Made by a program: the position numbers and the translations under genes. DNA of 57,037 bases from Candidatus Aminicenantes bacterium (GTDB lineage Bacteria > Acidobacteriota > Aminicenantia > Aminicenantales > UBA4085): the NCBI GenBank assembly GCA_016931595.1, contig JAFGEN010000159.1, forward strand, positions 1-57,037. Direction: 5' to 3'. Below are positions 25,621 through 34,719 of this stretch, one piece after another (the stretch's first letter is position 1; each line of letters opens with the position of its first letter). The notes below the pieces were generated by a model. That model saw only the letters and a program-made list of their open reading frames with translations, was not told the DNA's origin and ran no database searches.

Positions 25621-26582
25621 CGCTTTCTCGTTATACCATAAAACGAGCCCGGAATCCGAACGGACGGGAACCGGGAAAGAACCGAGTCGACGGAAATATC
25701 CCGGACGTCGGGGGCCTCGAGCGTTTCGATCATCCCGTAAGGGCGCCAGGCCTTGATGAATTCCGACCGGAAGACGGCCAGGCCCGGAGTTCCGAGGGCC
25801 GCGGCCAAGTGGGTGATGCCGGAATCATTCCCGAAATAAGCCGCCGCGCCGGAAATGAGGGCGGCCAAAGAGAGGAGGGACGGTCGGTCAAGGAGAATCC
25901 AGCCGGGAGGAAAGGCGAAAGATGACCACTCGATCCGAATGGCCGATTCGGCCTCCCCGAGAACAACCGCCCCGGAAAATCCGTTTCCGGCCATGGCCCC
26001 GATGACCTCCCGAAACCGCTCCCCAGGCCAACGCTTGGCCTGGCCGCCGCCGCCGGGATGAACGACGGCATACGCCCGGGACAGGGACGCAGCCGACCCG
26101 GGAAGCGGCGCCGAAGGAGGCGCGAGCCGGGAGCAAACCTCGAACGAATCCATTGGACGCCCCGTTTCTCCGCAGAAGGAGGACGTTTTCTCGAAAAATT
26201 GCCGTGAAAGGGGCTGACCGGAGAGCGGGCCGGCTCGGACGGCCAGGACCGGCCTTTCAGGCCGGAGAGCCGCCATCCCTTCGATGAACCCTTCGGCTGA
26301 ATTCGAATGGAACCAGCCCGCAACTAAAGCGGCCTCGGATAAAACGGCCGGAACGGCCGGGCTCGGACCGGAAAGGCAGGCCCAGGCAAAATTCCCTATA
26401 TCCTCGACCTCATCGACGACCCCCGCTTTCAGAAAAAGGCTGCCGTAGACACGGTGCGAAACCAAGGTCAGGCGGGCCTCGGGGAAGACGGACCGAAGAA
26501 GACGGAGCGACGGCCCGGCGACCAGCAGGTCGCCCAAACCGCCCCGTCGGACGGCTACGATCGAACCCGGATTAACCTGCAT
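25617..26582 (-). CDS. Glycosyltransferase family 9 (heptosyltransferase-like)
   Basis: RRGGLGDLLVAGPSL near the N-terminus and GNDSGITHLAAALGTP near the C-terminus. Confidence 0.8.
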   Translation of the reverse strand: MQVNPGSIVAVRRGGLGDLLVAGPSLRLLRSVFPEARLTLVSHRVYGSLFLKAGVVDEVEDIGNFAWACLSGPSPAVPAVLSEAALVAGWFHSNSAEGFIEGMAALRPERPVLAVRAGPLSGQPLSRQFFEKTSSFCGETGRPMDSFEVCSRLAPPSAPLPGSAASLSRAYAVVHPGGGGQAKRWPGERFREVIGAMAGNGFSGAVVLGEAESAIRIEWSSFAFPPGWILLDRPSLLSLAALISGAAAYFGNDSGITHLAAALGTPGLAVFRSEFIKAWRPYGMIETLEAPDVRDISVDSVLSRFPSVRIPGSFYGITRKR

Positions 26583-26778
26583 GATTCAAAAAATTTTATA
26601 CGAACCTTGCGAGTCGGGGCCAGCCGATATGACCGCATTTGCTGCGATAAAAGGGGGGAGAATGCCGGCTGTGTTTAACAGCAGAAAAGGGAAAATATTG
26701 GTATTAGGAAGGATGTAGGTTTTCTCCAGCCGGCACAAGAAAACATTGAATGCATTATAGTCGCGATCGAAAAGAAAA

Positions 26779-27471
26779 TCAAGACTCTTTTTCGGGGGTC
26801 CTGGGAAGGCCCTTCTTCTCGATATGGTGCTTGATCGTCTTGCCCTTGACCATGTAGATGACGTCCTCGGCAACGTTGGTCGCGTGATCGGCCATCCGTT
26901 CCAGGTTTCGGCTGACGAGAATCAGGGCGACCGCGCGCTGAATGTTGCGGGAGTCCTGCATCATGAAGGTCAGGAGCTCCCGGAAAATCTGATCGTCCAG
27001 GGCATCGACCTCATCATCCCGGATGCAGACGTCCCGGGCCAGGGCTTCATCCCTGTTGATGAAGGCATCGATAGAGTCACGGACCATGGCCTGGGCCGCC
27101 CGGGCCATCCGGGGAATGTCGATCAGGGGCTTGAGCAGGGGCAGGCGGGCCAGGTCCAGGGCCAGTTCGGCGACGTTGACCGCCAGGTCGCCCATCCGTT
27201 CCAGGTCGCCGCTGATTTTCATGGCTGAGGTGATGAACCGAAGGTCGCCGGCCATCGGCTGGCGGAGGGCCAGGAGCCGCATGCAGGTCTCGTCGACCTC
27301 GACGTCGAGAAGATTGATGTTTTCCTCGATTTTCAGGACTTCCCGGGCCGGCTCTTCCTTCTGGTCCTTCAGGGCCTCGATGGCCAAGGACAAGGCATCC
27401 TCAACCGAGGCGGCCATCCGCAGGAGTCGTTCCTTGAGAAATTGCAGTTCTTCGTCGAATACGCGTTCCAT
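26779..27471 (-). CDS. phoU: Phosphate signalling complex protein PhoU
   Basis: Start trimmed to ATG 27471 (GAAGGAG RBS). Two PhoU repeats with DLERMGDLAVNVAE and NLERMADHATNVAED. Confidence 0.9.
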   Translation of the reverse strand: MERVFDEELQFLKERLLRMAASVEDALSLAIEALKDQKEEPAREVLKIEENINLLDVEVDETCMRLLALRQPMAGDLRFITSAMKISGDLERMGDLAVNVAELALDLARLPLLKPLIDIPRMARAAQAMVRDSIDAFINRDEALARDVCIRDDEVDALDDQIFRELLTFMMQDSRNIQRAVALILVSRNLERMADHATNVAEDVIYMVKGKTIKHHIEKKGLPRTPEKES

Positions 27472-27634
27472 GTGGGCTCCTTCCCGGCCATTTTCGGATA
27501 TTCGACCCGTTTTGGCAATAGTCCCGGGAAAATAGGCCGGGTCCGCCTCAGAATCACCGATTCCTGTTAAGTCGGGATGAATAAACCATGAATTCTTCCT
27601 GAAACCGGCCATTTTTTTCTAATGGGCGATTCCC

Positions 27635-27663
27635 TTGACAGAATTCCAACCCCTTTCTATAAT
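27635..27663 (+). promoter_or_regulatory. Consensus sigma70 promoter upstream of pstS
   Basis: TTGACA 27635-27640, exactly 17 nt spacer, TATAAT 27658-27663. ATG of pstS is at 27692. Confidence 0.7.
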
Positions 27664-27691
27664 TCCATCTCAAATCCCATATTGATTCCGT

Positions 27692-28603
27692 ATGGAGACC
27701 ACTGTGAGGACGAAGGAGGAGCGGGCCCCTATCCGGACTGGGCTTCGAGCCTTCATCATTATGGGAGCCGTCCTGCTTGCGGCCGCGGCCTGCGGAAGAC
27801 GGCCATCCGGCTCCTCGGGAGGCACAGCCCTTCAAATCAAGGGCTCCGACACCATGGTGAACCTCGGGCAGGCCTGGGCCGAAGCGTTCAACAAGCTCCA
27901 TCCGGAAATCAATATCGCCGTCACGGGGGGAGGCTCCGGGACGGGAATCGCCGCAATTTTCAACCAAACCTGCGACGTCGCCGAATCCTCCCGCGGCCTG
28001 GAGGAGAAGGAACTCCAGGCGGCCGAGACGGCCGGATTCGTCATCCATGAGACCATCGCCGCCCTCGACGGGATCGTCGTGGTCGTCCATCCGTCCAACC
28101 CCGTCTCCGCCCTGACCATGGAGGAGCTTCGGGAAATTTTCATGGGACGCGTCAAGCGCTGGACCGCGTTCGGCGGCGAGGACCGGCCGATCGTCCTCCT
28201 CTCCCGCGAGGTCAACTCCGGCACCCACATCTTCTTCAAGGAGCATGTTCTCCGCCGGGGCAAAAGCAAGGGCCCGGAAGAATTCGCTCCGGCCGCCCTG
28301 ATGATGCCTTCCTCTTATGCCATCGCCGAGGAAACTTCCCGAAACGAAAACGCCATCGGCTATTACGGGCTCGGATACATCAGCCCCCGCCAGAAGGTCC
28401 TGGCCGTGGCCACGGACGCTCATACCCCGGCCGTCGCCCCGACGATCGAATCCATCAGGGCCAACACCTATCCGATTTCCCGGCCCCTCTATTTCTTCAC
28501 CCGCGGGGAACCGTCCGGGACAGTCAAAGCCTTCCTCGACTTCGCCCTCTCTCCCGCCGGCCAGGACATCGTCAGAGCCATCGATTTCGTCCCAGTCAAA
28601 TGA
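27692..28603 (+). CDS. pstS: Phosphate ABC transporter substrate-binding protein PstS
   Basis: Lipoprotein-like signal GAVLLAAAAC. GSDTMVNLGQAWAEAF and SREVNSGTH stretches typical of PstS. Confidence 0.9.
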   Translation: METTVRTKEERAPIRTGLRAFIIMGAVLLAAAACGRRPSGSSGGTALQIKGSDTMVNLGQAWAEAFNKLHPEINIAVTGGGSGTGIAAIFNQTCDVAESSRGLEEKELQAAETAGFVIHETIAALDGIVVVVHPSNPVSALTMEELREIFMGRVKRWTAFGGEDRPIVLLSREVNSGTHIFFKEHVLRRGKSKGPEEFAPAALMMPSSYAIAEETSRNENAIGYYGLGYISPRQKVLAVATDAHTPAVAPTIESIRANTYPISRPLYFFTRGEPSGTVKAFLDFALSPAGQDIVRAIDFVPVK

Positions 28604-29481
28604 AGCTTCCGTCGCGCCGGCTCCGCGAATTCCTGATCGAAAAGCTCATTTTTCTCAGCGGGATCGCCTCCGTCGTTTTCGTTGTCTTGATCTTCATCTT
28701 CCTTCTCAGGGAGGGCGTTTCCGTCCTGAAAACAACCTCCCTCGGATCCTTCCTGGGCGGACATTTCTGGTATCCCATCTCCACCCCGGCCAAGCTGGGG
28801 ATTCTCCCCCTGATTCTCGGGTCGCTCATGGTCACGGCCGGGGCGATCGCGATCGCCGTTCCGCTCGGCATCGCGGCCGCATTCTACATCGCCGAGGTGG
28901 CCCCGAAGCGCCTCCGGACGGTCCTGAAATCCTGCGTCGAGGTCCTCGCGGCCATCCCCTCGGTCGTCCTCGGATTTCTGGGCATCACCGTCCTGGTCCC
29001 GTTCCTGAAAAGCGTCTTCAACCTGCCGACCGGGCTGACCGCTTTTTCCGGTTCTATTATGCTGGCCTTCATGGCCCTGCCGACGATCATCACGATCTCG
29101 GAGGACGCGATCAACGCCGTCCCGCGCGAGTATAAGGAAGGGGCCCTTGCCCTCGGGGCAACCCACTGGCAGACGCTCTTCCGGGTCGTCATCCACGGGG
29201 CCCTGCCGGGGATCATCGCCGCGGCCATGCTCGGCATCGGCCGGGTCTTCGGCGAAACGATGGCCGTCATGATGGTCACCGGGAACGCGGCCGTCATCCC
29301 CCAATCCCTGTTCGAGCCCGTCCGGACCCTGACCGCGACCATCGCCGCGGAGATGGGCGAGGCGGCCAAGGGCAGCGCCCATTACTTCGCCCTCTTCGCC
29401 GTCGGGATCGTCCTGTTCGTCATCAGTTTCGCCATCAACCTGACCGCCGATATCCTCCTGAACCGGGGCAAGAAGAAATGA
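28600..29481 (+). CDS. pstC: Phosphate ABC transporter permease PstC
   Basis: ATGA overlap with pstS. Polytopic. Conserved loop ALGATHWQTLFRVVIHGALPGI. Confidence 0.9.
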   Translation: MKLPSRRLREFLIEKLIFLSGIASVVFVVLIFIFLLREGVSVLKTTSLGSFLGGHFWYPISTPAKLGILPLILGSLMVTAGAIAIAVPLGIAAAFYIAEVAPKRLRTVLKSCVEVLAAIPSVVLGFLGITVLVPFLKSVFNLPTGLTAFSGSIMLAFMALPTIITISEDAINAVPREYKEGALALGATHWQTLFRVVIHGALPGIIAAAMLGIGRVFGETMAVMMVTGNAAVIPQSLFEPVRTLTATIAAEMGEAAKGSAHYFALFAVGIVLFVISFAINLTADILLNRGKKK

Positions 29482-30320
29482 AGCGCGAAGACAAACGGCA
29501 GAACATCGGCTTCGGCGCGCTGCTGGCGGCCACGCTCCTGGTCGTCATCCCGGTCCTGGCCATCGTCGTTTTAATCGTCGCCAAGGGCTGGGGGGCCCTG
29601 TCCTGGGAATTCCTGTTCTCCATGCCCCGTGACGGGATGCGGGCCGGCGGGATTTTCCCGGCCATCGTCGGGACGATTTACCTGGTTTTCATCTCGCTGA
29701 TTTTCGCCCTTCCGATCGGGGTGATGGCCGCGATCTATCTTTCCGAATACGCCAAGGACAACGCCCTGACCCGGGTCATCAACCTGGCCATCATCAACCT
29801 GGCCGGCGTGTCGTCGGTCGTCTTCGGCCTGTTCGGGCTGAGCCTGTTCGTCGTGTTCCTGAAGTTCGGCGTCTCCATCATTTCCGGAGCCCTGACCCTG
29901 GGAATCATGACCCTTCCGGTCATCATCACCACGACCCGGGAGGCGCTACGTTCGGTTCCGGCCTCTTACCGGGAAGTCAGCTTTTCCCTGGGCGCCTCGC
30001 GCTGGCAGACCGTTCGGCACGCCGTTTTGCCCCGGGCGCTTTCGGGCATCCTGACCGGAGCGATCCTCAGCGTCGGCCGGGTGGCCGGAGAAACCGCCCC
30101 GATTCTCTTCACCGTGGCCGCGTTTTATCTGCCCAATCTCCCGACAGGATTATCCGATCAGGCCATGGCTTTGCCCTATCATCTCTACGTCATCACCACC
30201 CAGATTCCGGGCATCCCCGAGTCATTCCGCTACGGGACGGCCCTCGTCCTTATCGGTTTTGTCCTGGTGATGAACATCATCGCCACCGTCATCCGGTCGA
30301 AAGCGGGAAAGAAGCGATGA
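29478..30320 (+). CDS. pstA: Phosphate ABC transporter permease PstA
   Basis: ATGA overlap with pstC. Loop SLGASRWQTVRHAVLPRALSGI. Confidence 0.9.
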   Translation: MKREDKRQNIGFGALLAATLLVVIPVLAIVVLIVAKGWGALSWEFLFSMPRDGMRAGGIFPAIVGTIYLVFISLIFALPIGVMAAIYLSEYAKDNALTRVINLAIINLAGVSSVVFGLFGLSLFVVFLKFGVSIISGALTLGIMTLPVIITTTREALRSVPASYREVSFSLGASRWQTVRHAVLPRALSGILTGAILSVGRVAGETAPILFTVAAFYLPNLPTGLSDQAMALPYHLYVITTQIPGIPESFRYGTALVLIGFVLVMNIIATVIRSKAGKKR

Positions 30321-31084
30321 ACACGGCGGGCGAGAAGGTCAAGTTGTCGGTGCGCGGCCTGGCCGTTTCTTACAGCGCCGCATCCGCTCTCAGAAGCCTC
30401 GACTTGGATATCGTCGCCGGGGAGATCCTCAGCATCATCGGACCCTCCAACTCCGGGAAGACTTCGTTCCTCCGCAGCCTGAACCGGATGAACGAGCTTC
30501 ACCCCCACGCGCGTACATCCGGGACCATCCTCCTGGACGGCGTCGATATCGTCCGGGAGATATCGGCTGAATCGCTTCGAAAAAGAATCGGGATGATTTT
30601 CGCCATGCCCGTGCCTCTGCCCTTGTCCATCCGGGATAACATCACCTACGGACCACGAATGGCCGGGGTCCGGGACACCCGGACGCTCGACGCCCTGGTC
30701 GAGGAAAGCCTACAGGCCGCCTATCTCTGGGACGAAGTCAAGGACCGGCTGGACATGTCCGGGCAGAAGATTTCCGGCGGCCAGCAGCAGCGGCTGTGCA
30801 TCGCCCGCACCTTGGCCCTCAAGCCCGACGTGATTCTCTACGACGAGCCCTGCTCCGGCCTGGACCCGCTATCGACGGCCAAGGTCGAGGAGTCGATGCT
30901 CGAGCTCCGCAAGAGCCATACCCTCGTCCTGGTGACCAACAACACCAAGCAGGCGGCCCGGGTCGGAACCCGGACGGCCTTCTTCCTGATGGGCGAGATG
31001 GTTGAAATCGGCCCGACCGAAAAAATCTTCACCGCCCCGGCCGACAAGAGGACGGAAGACTATATCGTCGGACGGTTTGGATGA
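30317..31084 (+). CDS. pstB: Phosphate ABC transporter ATP-binding protein PstB, copy 1 (atypical Walker A, Q-loop and H-loop)
   Basis: ATGA overlap with pstA. Walker [11 protein letters not shown]-loop position reads GMIFAMP, signature SGGQQQRL, Walker B ILYDEP, H-loop position reads VTNNTKQA. C-terminal [10 protein letters not shown]. Confidence 0.9.
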   Translation: MNTAGEKVKLSVRGLAVSYSAASALRSLDLDIVAGEILSIIGPSNSGKTSFLRSLNRMNELHPHARTSGTILLDGVDIVREISAESLRKRIGMIFAMPVPLPLSIRDNITYGPRMAGVRDTRTLDALVEESLQAAYLWDEVKDRLDMSGQKISGGQQQRLCIARTLALKPDVILYDEPCSGLDPLSTAKVEESMLELRKSHTLVLVTNNTKQAARVGTRTAFFLMGEMVEIGPTEKIFTAPADKRTEDYIVGRFG

Positions 31085-31088
31085 GCCA

Positions 31089-31871
31089 GTGAACGAAACG
31101 ACCGGTCTGGAACACGCAGCCCCCGTCCTCGAGGTCCGCGGGCTCAACCTCTGGTATGGGGACTTCCAGGCCCTGATCGACGTGTCCGCCTCGTTCCGGC
31201 CGCGGACGATCACCGCCCTGATCGGCTCCTCGGGCTGCGGGAAGTCCACGCTTCTCCGCTGCCTCAACCGGATGAACGACCTGATCGACGACGTCCGGAT
31301 CGAGGGCGAGATTCTCTACAACGGGAAAAACATCCGGCGAAGGGACTGCTCGCTGACGGTTCTTCGCAAGAGCGTCGGGATGGTTTTTCAGCGGCCCAAC
31401 CCGTTTCCCCTGAGCGTCTATGAAAACATCGCCTTCGGTCCCCGCGTCCACCGGATGGCTTCGGGAACGAACCTCGACGCCAGGGTCGAGGAAAGCCTTC
31501 GGGCGGTCAATCTCTGGGATGAACTCAAAGACAGGCTGAGGAAAAGCGCCCTGTCTCTCTCGCTCGAGCAGAAGCAGAGACTTTGCATCGCCCGTCTCGT
31601 GGCCGTCGAGGCCGAGGTTCTGCTCATGGACGAGCCCTGCTCGACCCTGGACCCCATGGCCACGATGAAGGTCGAGGAGCTGATGCACCGGCTCAAGGAG
31701 CGCTACACCATCGTCATCGTCACCCACAACATGCAGCAGGCCGCTCGGGTTTCCGAAGAGACCGGGTTCATGCTGCTGGGCGAGCTGGTCGAGTTCGGCC
31801 GGACGACCGATATCTTCACCCGTCCGGCCGACAAGCGGACGGAAGACTACATCACCGGCCGCTTCGGATGA
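31089..31871 (+). CDS. pstB: Phosphate ABC transporter ATP-binding protein PstB, copy 2 (degenerate signature motif)
   Basis: Probable GTG start at 31089 (a TTG at 31077 is also in frame). Walker [11 protein letters not shown]-loop GMVFQRP, signature position reads LSLEQKQRL, Walker B LLMDEP, H-loop VTHNMQQA. C-terminal [10 protein letters not shown]. Confidence 0.85.
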   Translation: MNETTGLEHAAPVLEVRGLNLWYGDFQALIDVSASFRPRTITALIGSSGCGKSTLLRCLNRMNDLIDDVRIEGEILYNGKNIRRRDCSLTVLRKSVGMVFQRPNPFPLSVYENIAFGPRVHRMASGTNLDARVEESLRAVNLWDELKDRLRKSALSLSLEQKQRLCIARLVAVEAEVLLMDEPCSTLDPMATMKVEELMHRLKERYTIVIVTHNMQQAARVSEETGFMLLGELVEFGRTTDIFTRPADKRTEDYITGRFG

Positions 31872-31897
31872 GGCCGGGACGTCCAAGCGCGGTTTTT

Positions 31898-31939
31898 AAA
31901 GCGGGGCAAAAGGTCGAAAACGCGGCCCCGCTTTTATTT
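31898..31939. terminator. Rho-independent, potentially bidirectional terminator between pstB2 and the convergent gene
   Basis: AAAGCGGGGC (31898-31907) pairs with GCCCCGCTTT (31925-31934). Followed by TTTTATTT and preceded by TTTTTAAA. Confidence 0.75.
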
Positions 31940-33013
31940 GAAGGGAGAATGAAAGCGGACAATCTCTGTGTTTTCTTTCACGCCGAAAACCTCGCCCCGG
32001 TCATTCACGGCGAACGGCATATTGATGTCCGCGGGAATCTGAAGGACCGCCTCCTGTCGCCCGTCGAGCGAATAGACGAGCGCGTCAACAGCCTTGCGTT
32101 TGACATTGGGCGTGAACAGATAAAGTTTCCGACTGGGAGAAAGGACGGGGATGAAAGTCAGAATCGACCCGCCCGGATTTTTTTTTACGCTTTCCTCGGC
32201 GCGTTTCCGAAGAGCCGTCCGGAAGTCTTTATCGCCGACGTCGAATCGGGTGATTTCCCGCCCGTCCGGCCGCAAAACAAAAGCCTTGAGGGCTAAATTC
32301 GAGACGACGACGATATCATCGTTCTCGGCGATCATCATCGGTAAAAACTTATCCATCAAAAACCGCGCGGCGGCGGGGTTCGCCTTGAGGAAAGGATCGC
32401 CGAAATGGAATGCTTCCGAAAAGAAGGTCCTTGAAGGATTCTCCCCCCTGAACCGATAAACGGAAATCAACTCGGGACCGTCGGAGACGAGAAGCAGTTC
32501 GCCCGTTGCGCCGACGACCGGGGTGCCGACCCTGAACTTCGTCTCCATGGAATCGAGGAACTTGCCCGAACGGTCGAAGCGCAGAATACGGGAGGCTCCA
32601 TAGCTCGAGCTCGCATAGAGAAACCCGTCGTTGCCGACGGAGATATTCAGCGACACTCCGCTGTCTCCCAAAAACTCGCCGGGACCTTGCCCCCGGCATC
32701 CGAACGATTTGACGAATCCTCCCTTGGAATCCAATTTGAAAACCTTGCCCCAGCCGCGGTCGGCGACAAAAAGGGCGCCGTCGGCGTCGAAACACAGGCT
32801 GTCGATATCCCAGAAATAATCATCGGGTCCCGGCCCGCACTTGGCGGAGATTTCTCCGGCCGGCTGGAGAAGGATCGTCGGTGTTCCCTTCCCCTCGTCC
32901 GTCTTCTCAAATCCTCGAAGACCCGGGGTCAGGACGATGGAGAGCATCCCGATTCCCGCGATAAGACTCAAACCCATCCCTGCCTGCCGACATTCAGCCC
33001 TCTTTCTTTTCAT
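31934..33013 (-). CDS. NHL-repeat / six-bladed beta-propeller protein with N-terminal signal anchor
   Basis: N-terminal GLSLIAGIGMLSIVL. Repeats such as FDADGALFVADRGWGKVFKLDSKGGFVKSFG and GNDGFLYASS. Confidence 0.6.
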   Translation of the reverse strand: MKRKRAECRQAGMGLSLIAGIGMLSIVLTPGLRGFEKTDEGKGTPTILLQPAGEISAKCGPGPDDYFWDIDSLCFDADGALFVADRGWGKVFKLDSKGGFVKSFGCRGQGPGEFLGDSGVSLNISVGNDGFLYASSSYGASRILRFDRSGKFLDSMETKFRVGTPVVGATGELLLVSDGPELISVYRFRGENPSRTFFSEAFHFGDPFLKANPAAARFLMDKFLPMMIAENDDIVVVSNLALKAFVLRPDGREITRFDVGDKDFRTALRKRAEESVKKNPGGSILTFIPVLSPSRKLYLFTPNVKRKAVDALVYSLDGRQEAVLQIPADINMPFAVNDRGEVFGVKENTEIVRFHSPFK

Positions 33014-33106
33014 TCTTCCCCCCTATTCTTTTTTGCGGAGACAAGGATCGGGACGCGATCCTCCCCTCCCCGCTATCCCAATCTGAATGAATCCGGTTAA
33101 AACAGG

Positions 33107-34324
33107 TTAAGCCGACATTTTCCTCACGGCTTGCGACAGGCGCTTGACGCCCTCGACGATCTGCTCCCGGGTCGGAAACGAGAAGTTGACCCGCATGTGG
33201 TTGCGCTGGACACGGCCTTTCGGATAAAACGCCTCTCCGGGGATGAAGGCCACCTTTTCCTGAATGGCCAGTCGAAGAAGCTCGGCCGTATCGATTTTTT
33301 CAGGCACCGTGACCCAAAGGAAAAGGCCTCCCTCGGGCTTGGTCCACGTGACGCCCATTTCCGGCGGGAAATTTTCCTCCATGGCCCCGAGGAAAAAGCG
33401 GAGCTTTTCCGTGTAGTATTCCCGGGACTTGCGGAAATGGGCTTCCACATCGTATTCCCGAAGGAAGGCCGTGCAGAGGTCCTGGTTGAATTTCGGGGTG
33501 TTGAGGAGGTTGGCGCTCTTGATGAAATGGAACTTCTCGACGACGGCGGCCGGGCCGATGTTGAAGCCGACCCGAAGGCCGGGGCAGAGGATCTTGGAGA
33601 AGGTGTATAAGCCGATCACGTTCCCGCGGTTTTCGTCCAGGGAAAAGATCGAGGGGACGCGTTCGCCCCGGTACCGGAGATCCCGGTAGGGGCTGTCCTC
33701 GACGAGCGGCAGCCCGTACTTCACCGCCAGGGCCAGGACGGCCCGCCTCTTTTCCAGGCTCATGGTGATGCCGGAGGGATTCTGGAAATCCGGAACGACA
33801 TAGATGAACTTGGGTTTTCGGCCCCGCTCGATCGACTCCTCGATCGCCGCGGCCAGGCCCTCGACGTTAGACCCGTCTTCCTCGATATCGACGGAGGCGT
33901 AGGCCGGGTCTTCCATCTCGAAGGCGGCCAGGGCCCCGCCGAAGGTGGGCAGGTCGGTCACGATGACGTCTCCGGGGCTGAGAAACAGCCGGCCGACCAG
34001 GTCCAGGCCGTGCTGGCCCGAAGTGGTGATGACGACGTTTTCCGGGCTGAGGCGGATTCCGTCCCGGCCCAGAAAATCGATGATCGCCTCGATCAGGGAC
34101 TTTTCGCCCGGGACCGCCGAATACTGGAGGGCCTCCCGGCAGCCTTCCCGAAGGGACCTGTCGGCCGCCGCCCGGATGAACTCGTTGGGGAAGACATCCG
34201 GACTGGGCAATCCCCCGGCAAAAGAGATGATGTCCGGGTCCTTGAGAAGAGACAGCGTCTTTCCGATCGAATACCCCTCGAACGTTTTCATGAACGGAGT
34301 GAACAGGGACTCCATCTGGCTCAT
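33107..34324 (-). CDS. PLP-dependent aminotransferase, class I/II
   Basis: Start trimmed to ATG 34324 (GAGGGAG RBS). PLP-lysine motif YTFSKILCPGLRVGF. NPSG and PGEAF stretches. Confidence 0.85.
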   Translation of the reverse strand: MSQMESLFTPFMKTFEGYSIGKTLSLLKDPDIISFAGGLPSPDVFPNEFIRAAADRSLREGCREALQYSAVPGEKSLIEAIIDFLGRDGIRLSPENVVITTSGQHGLDLVGRLFLSPGDVIVTDLPTFGGALAAFEMEDPAYASVDIEEDGSNVEGLAAAIEESIERGRKPKFIYVVPDFQNPSGITMSLEKRRAVLALAVKYGLPLVEDSPYRDLRYRGERVPSIFSLDENRGNVIGLYTFSKILCPGLRVGFNIGPAAVVEKFHFIKSANLLNTPKFNQDLCTAFLREYDVEAHFRKSREYYTEKLRFFLGAMEENFPPEMGVTWTKPEGGLFLWVTVPEKIDTAELLRLAIQEKVAFIPGEAFYPKGRVQRNHMRVNFSFPTREQIVEGVKRLSQAVRKMSA

Positions 34325-34373
34325 CAGGTTCTCCCTCTCCGGCCCATCCGGGCCGCTTGCCGCGGGCCGGGGC

Positions 34374-34706
34374 TCAAGCCTTTGTTTTGTAGCGGCCGGC
34401 GTCGGCGAACACATCCATGACGAACACCCGGGTCCGGAACTCGGCCCCGTGGACGACCCCCTCCGGGATAAAATACCGGTCGCCCTTGCGGTACACGGCA
34501 GTTTCGCCGCCGATCGTCAGGGCCATCTCTCCGTCGATCATCAAGCCCCACTGGGCGCAATGGGAATGCGGGGGGACCTGGGCGCCTTTTTCGATATCGA
34601 AAAAAACGACCTGGTTGTTCTCCCCCTGGAGAAGCCGGCCGCGGATGCCCGGAAGGGGGGTGTCGATCTCGGGCAGGCTCTCGAACATTTCCGGATAGAC
34701 GTTCAT
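34374..34706 (-). CDS. Cupin-domain protein
   Basis: ATG 34706 with GAGGAG RBS. Cupin motifs GAQVPPHSHCAQWGLMIDGE and GDRYFIPEGVVHG. Confidence 0.8.
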   Translation of the reverse strand: MNVYPEMFESLPEIDTPLPGIRGRLLQGENNQVVFFDIEKGAQVPPHSHCAQWGLMIDGEMALTIGGETAVYRKGDRYFIPEGVVHGAEFRTRVFVMDVFADAGRYKTKA

Positions 34707-34719
34707 TGTCTTCTCCTCT

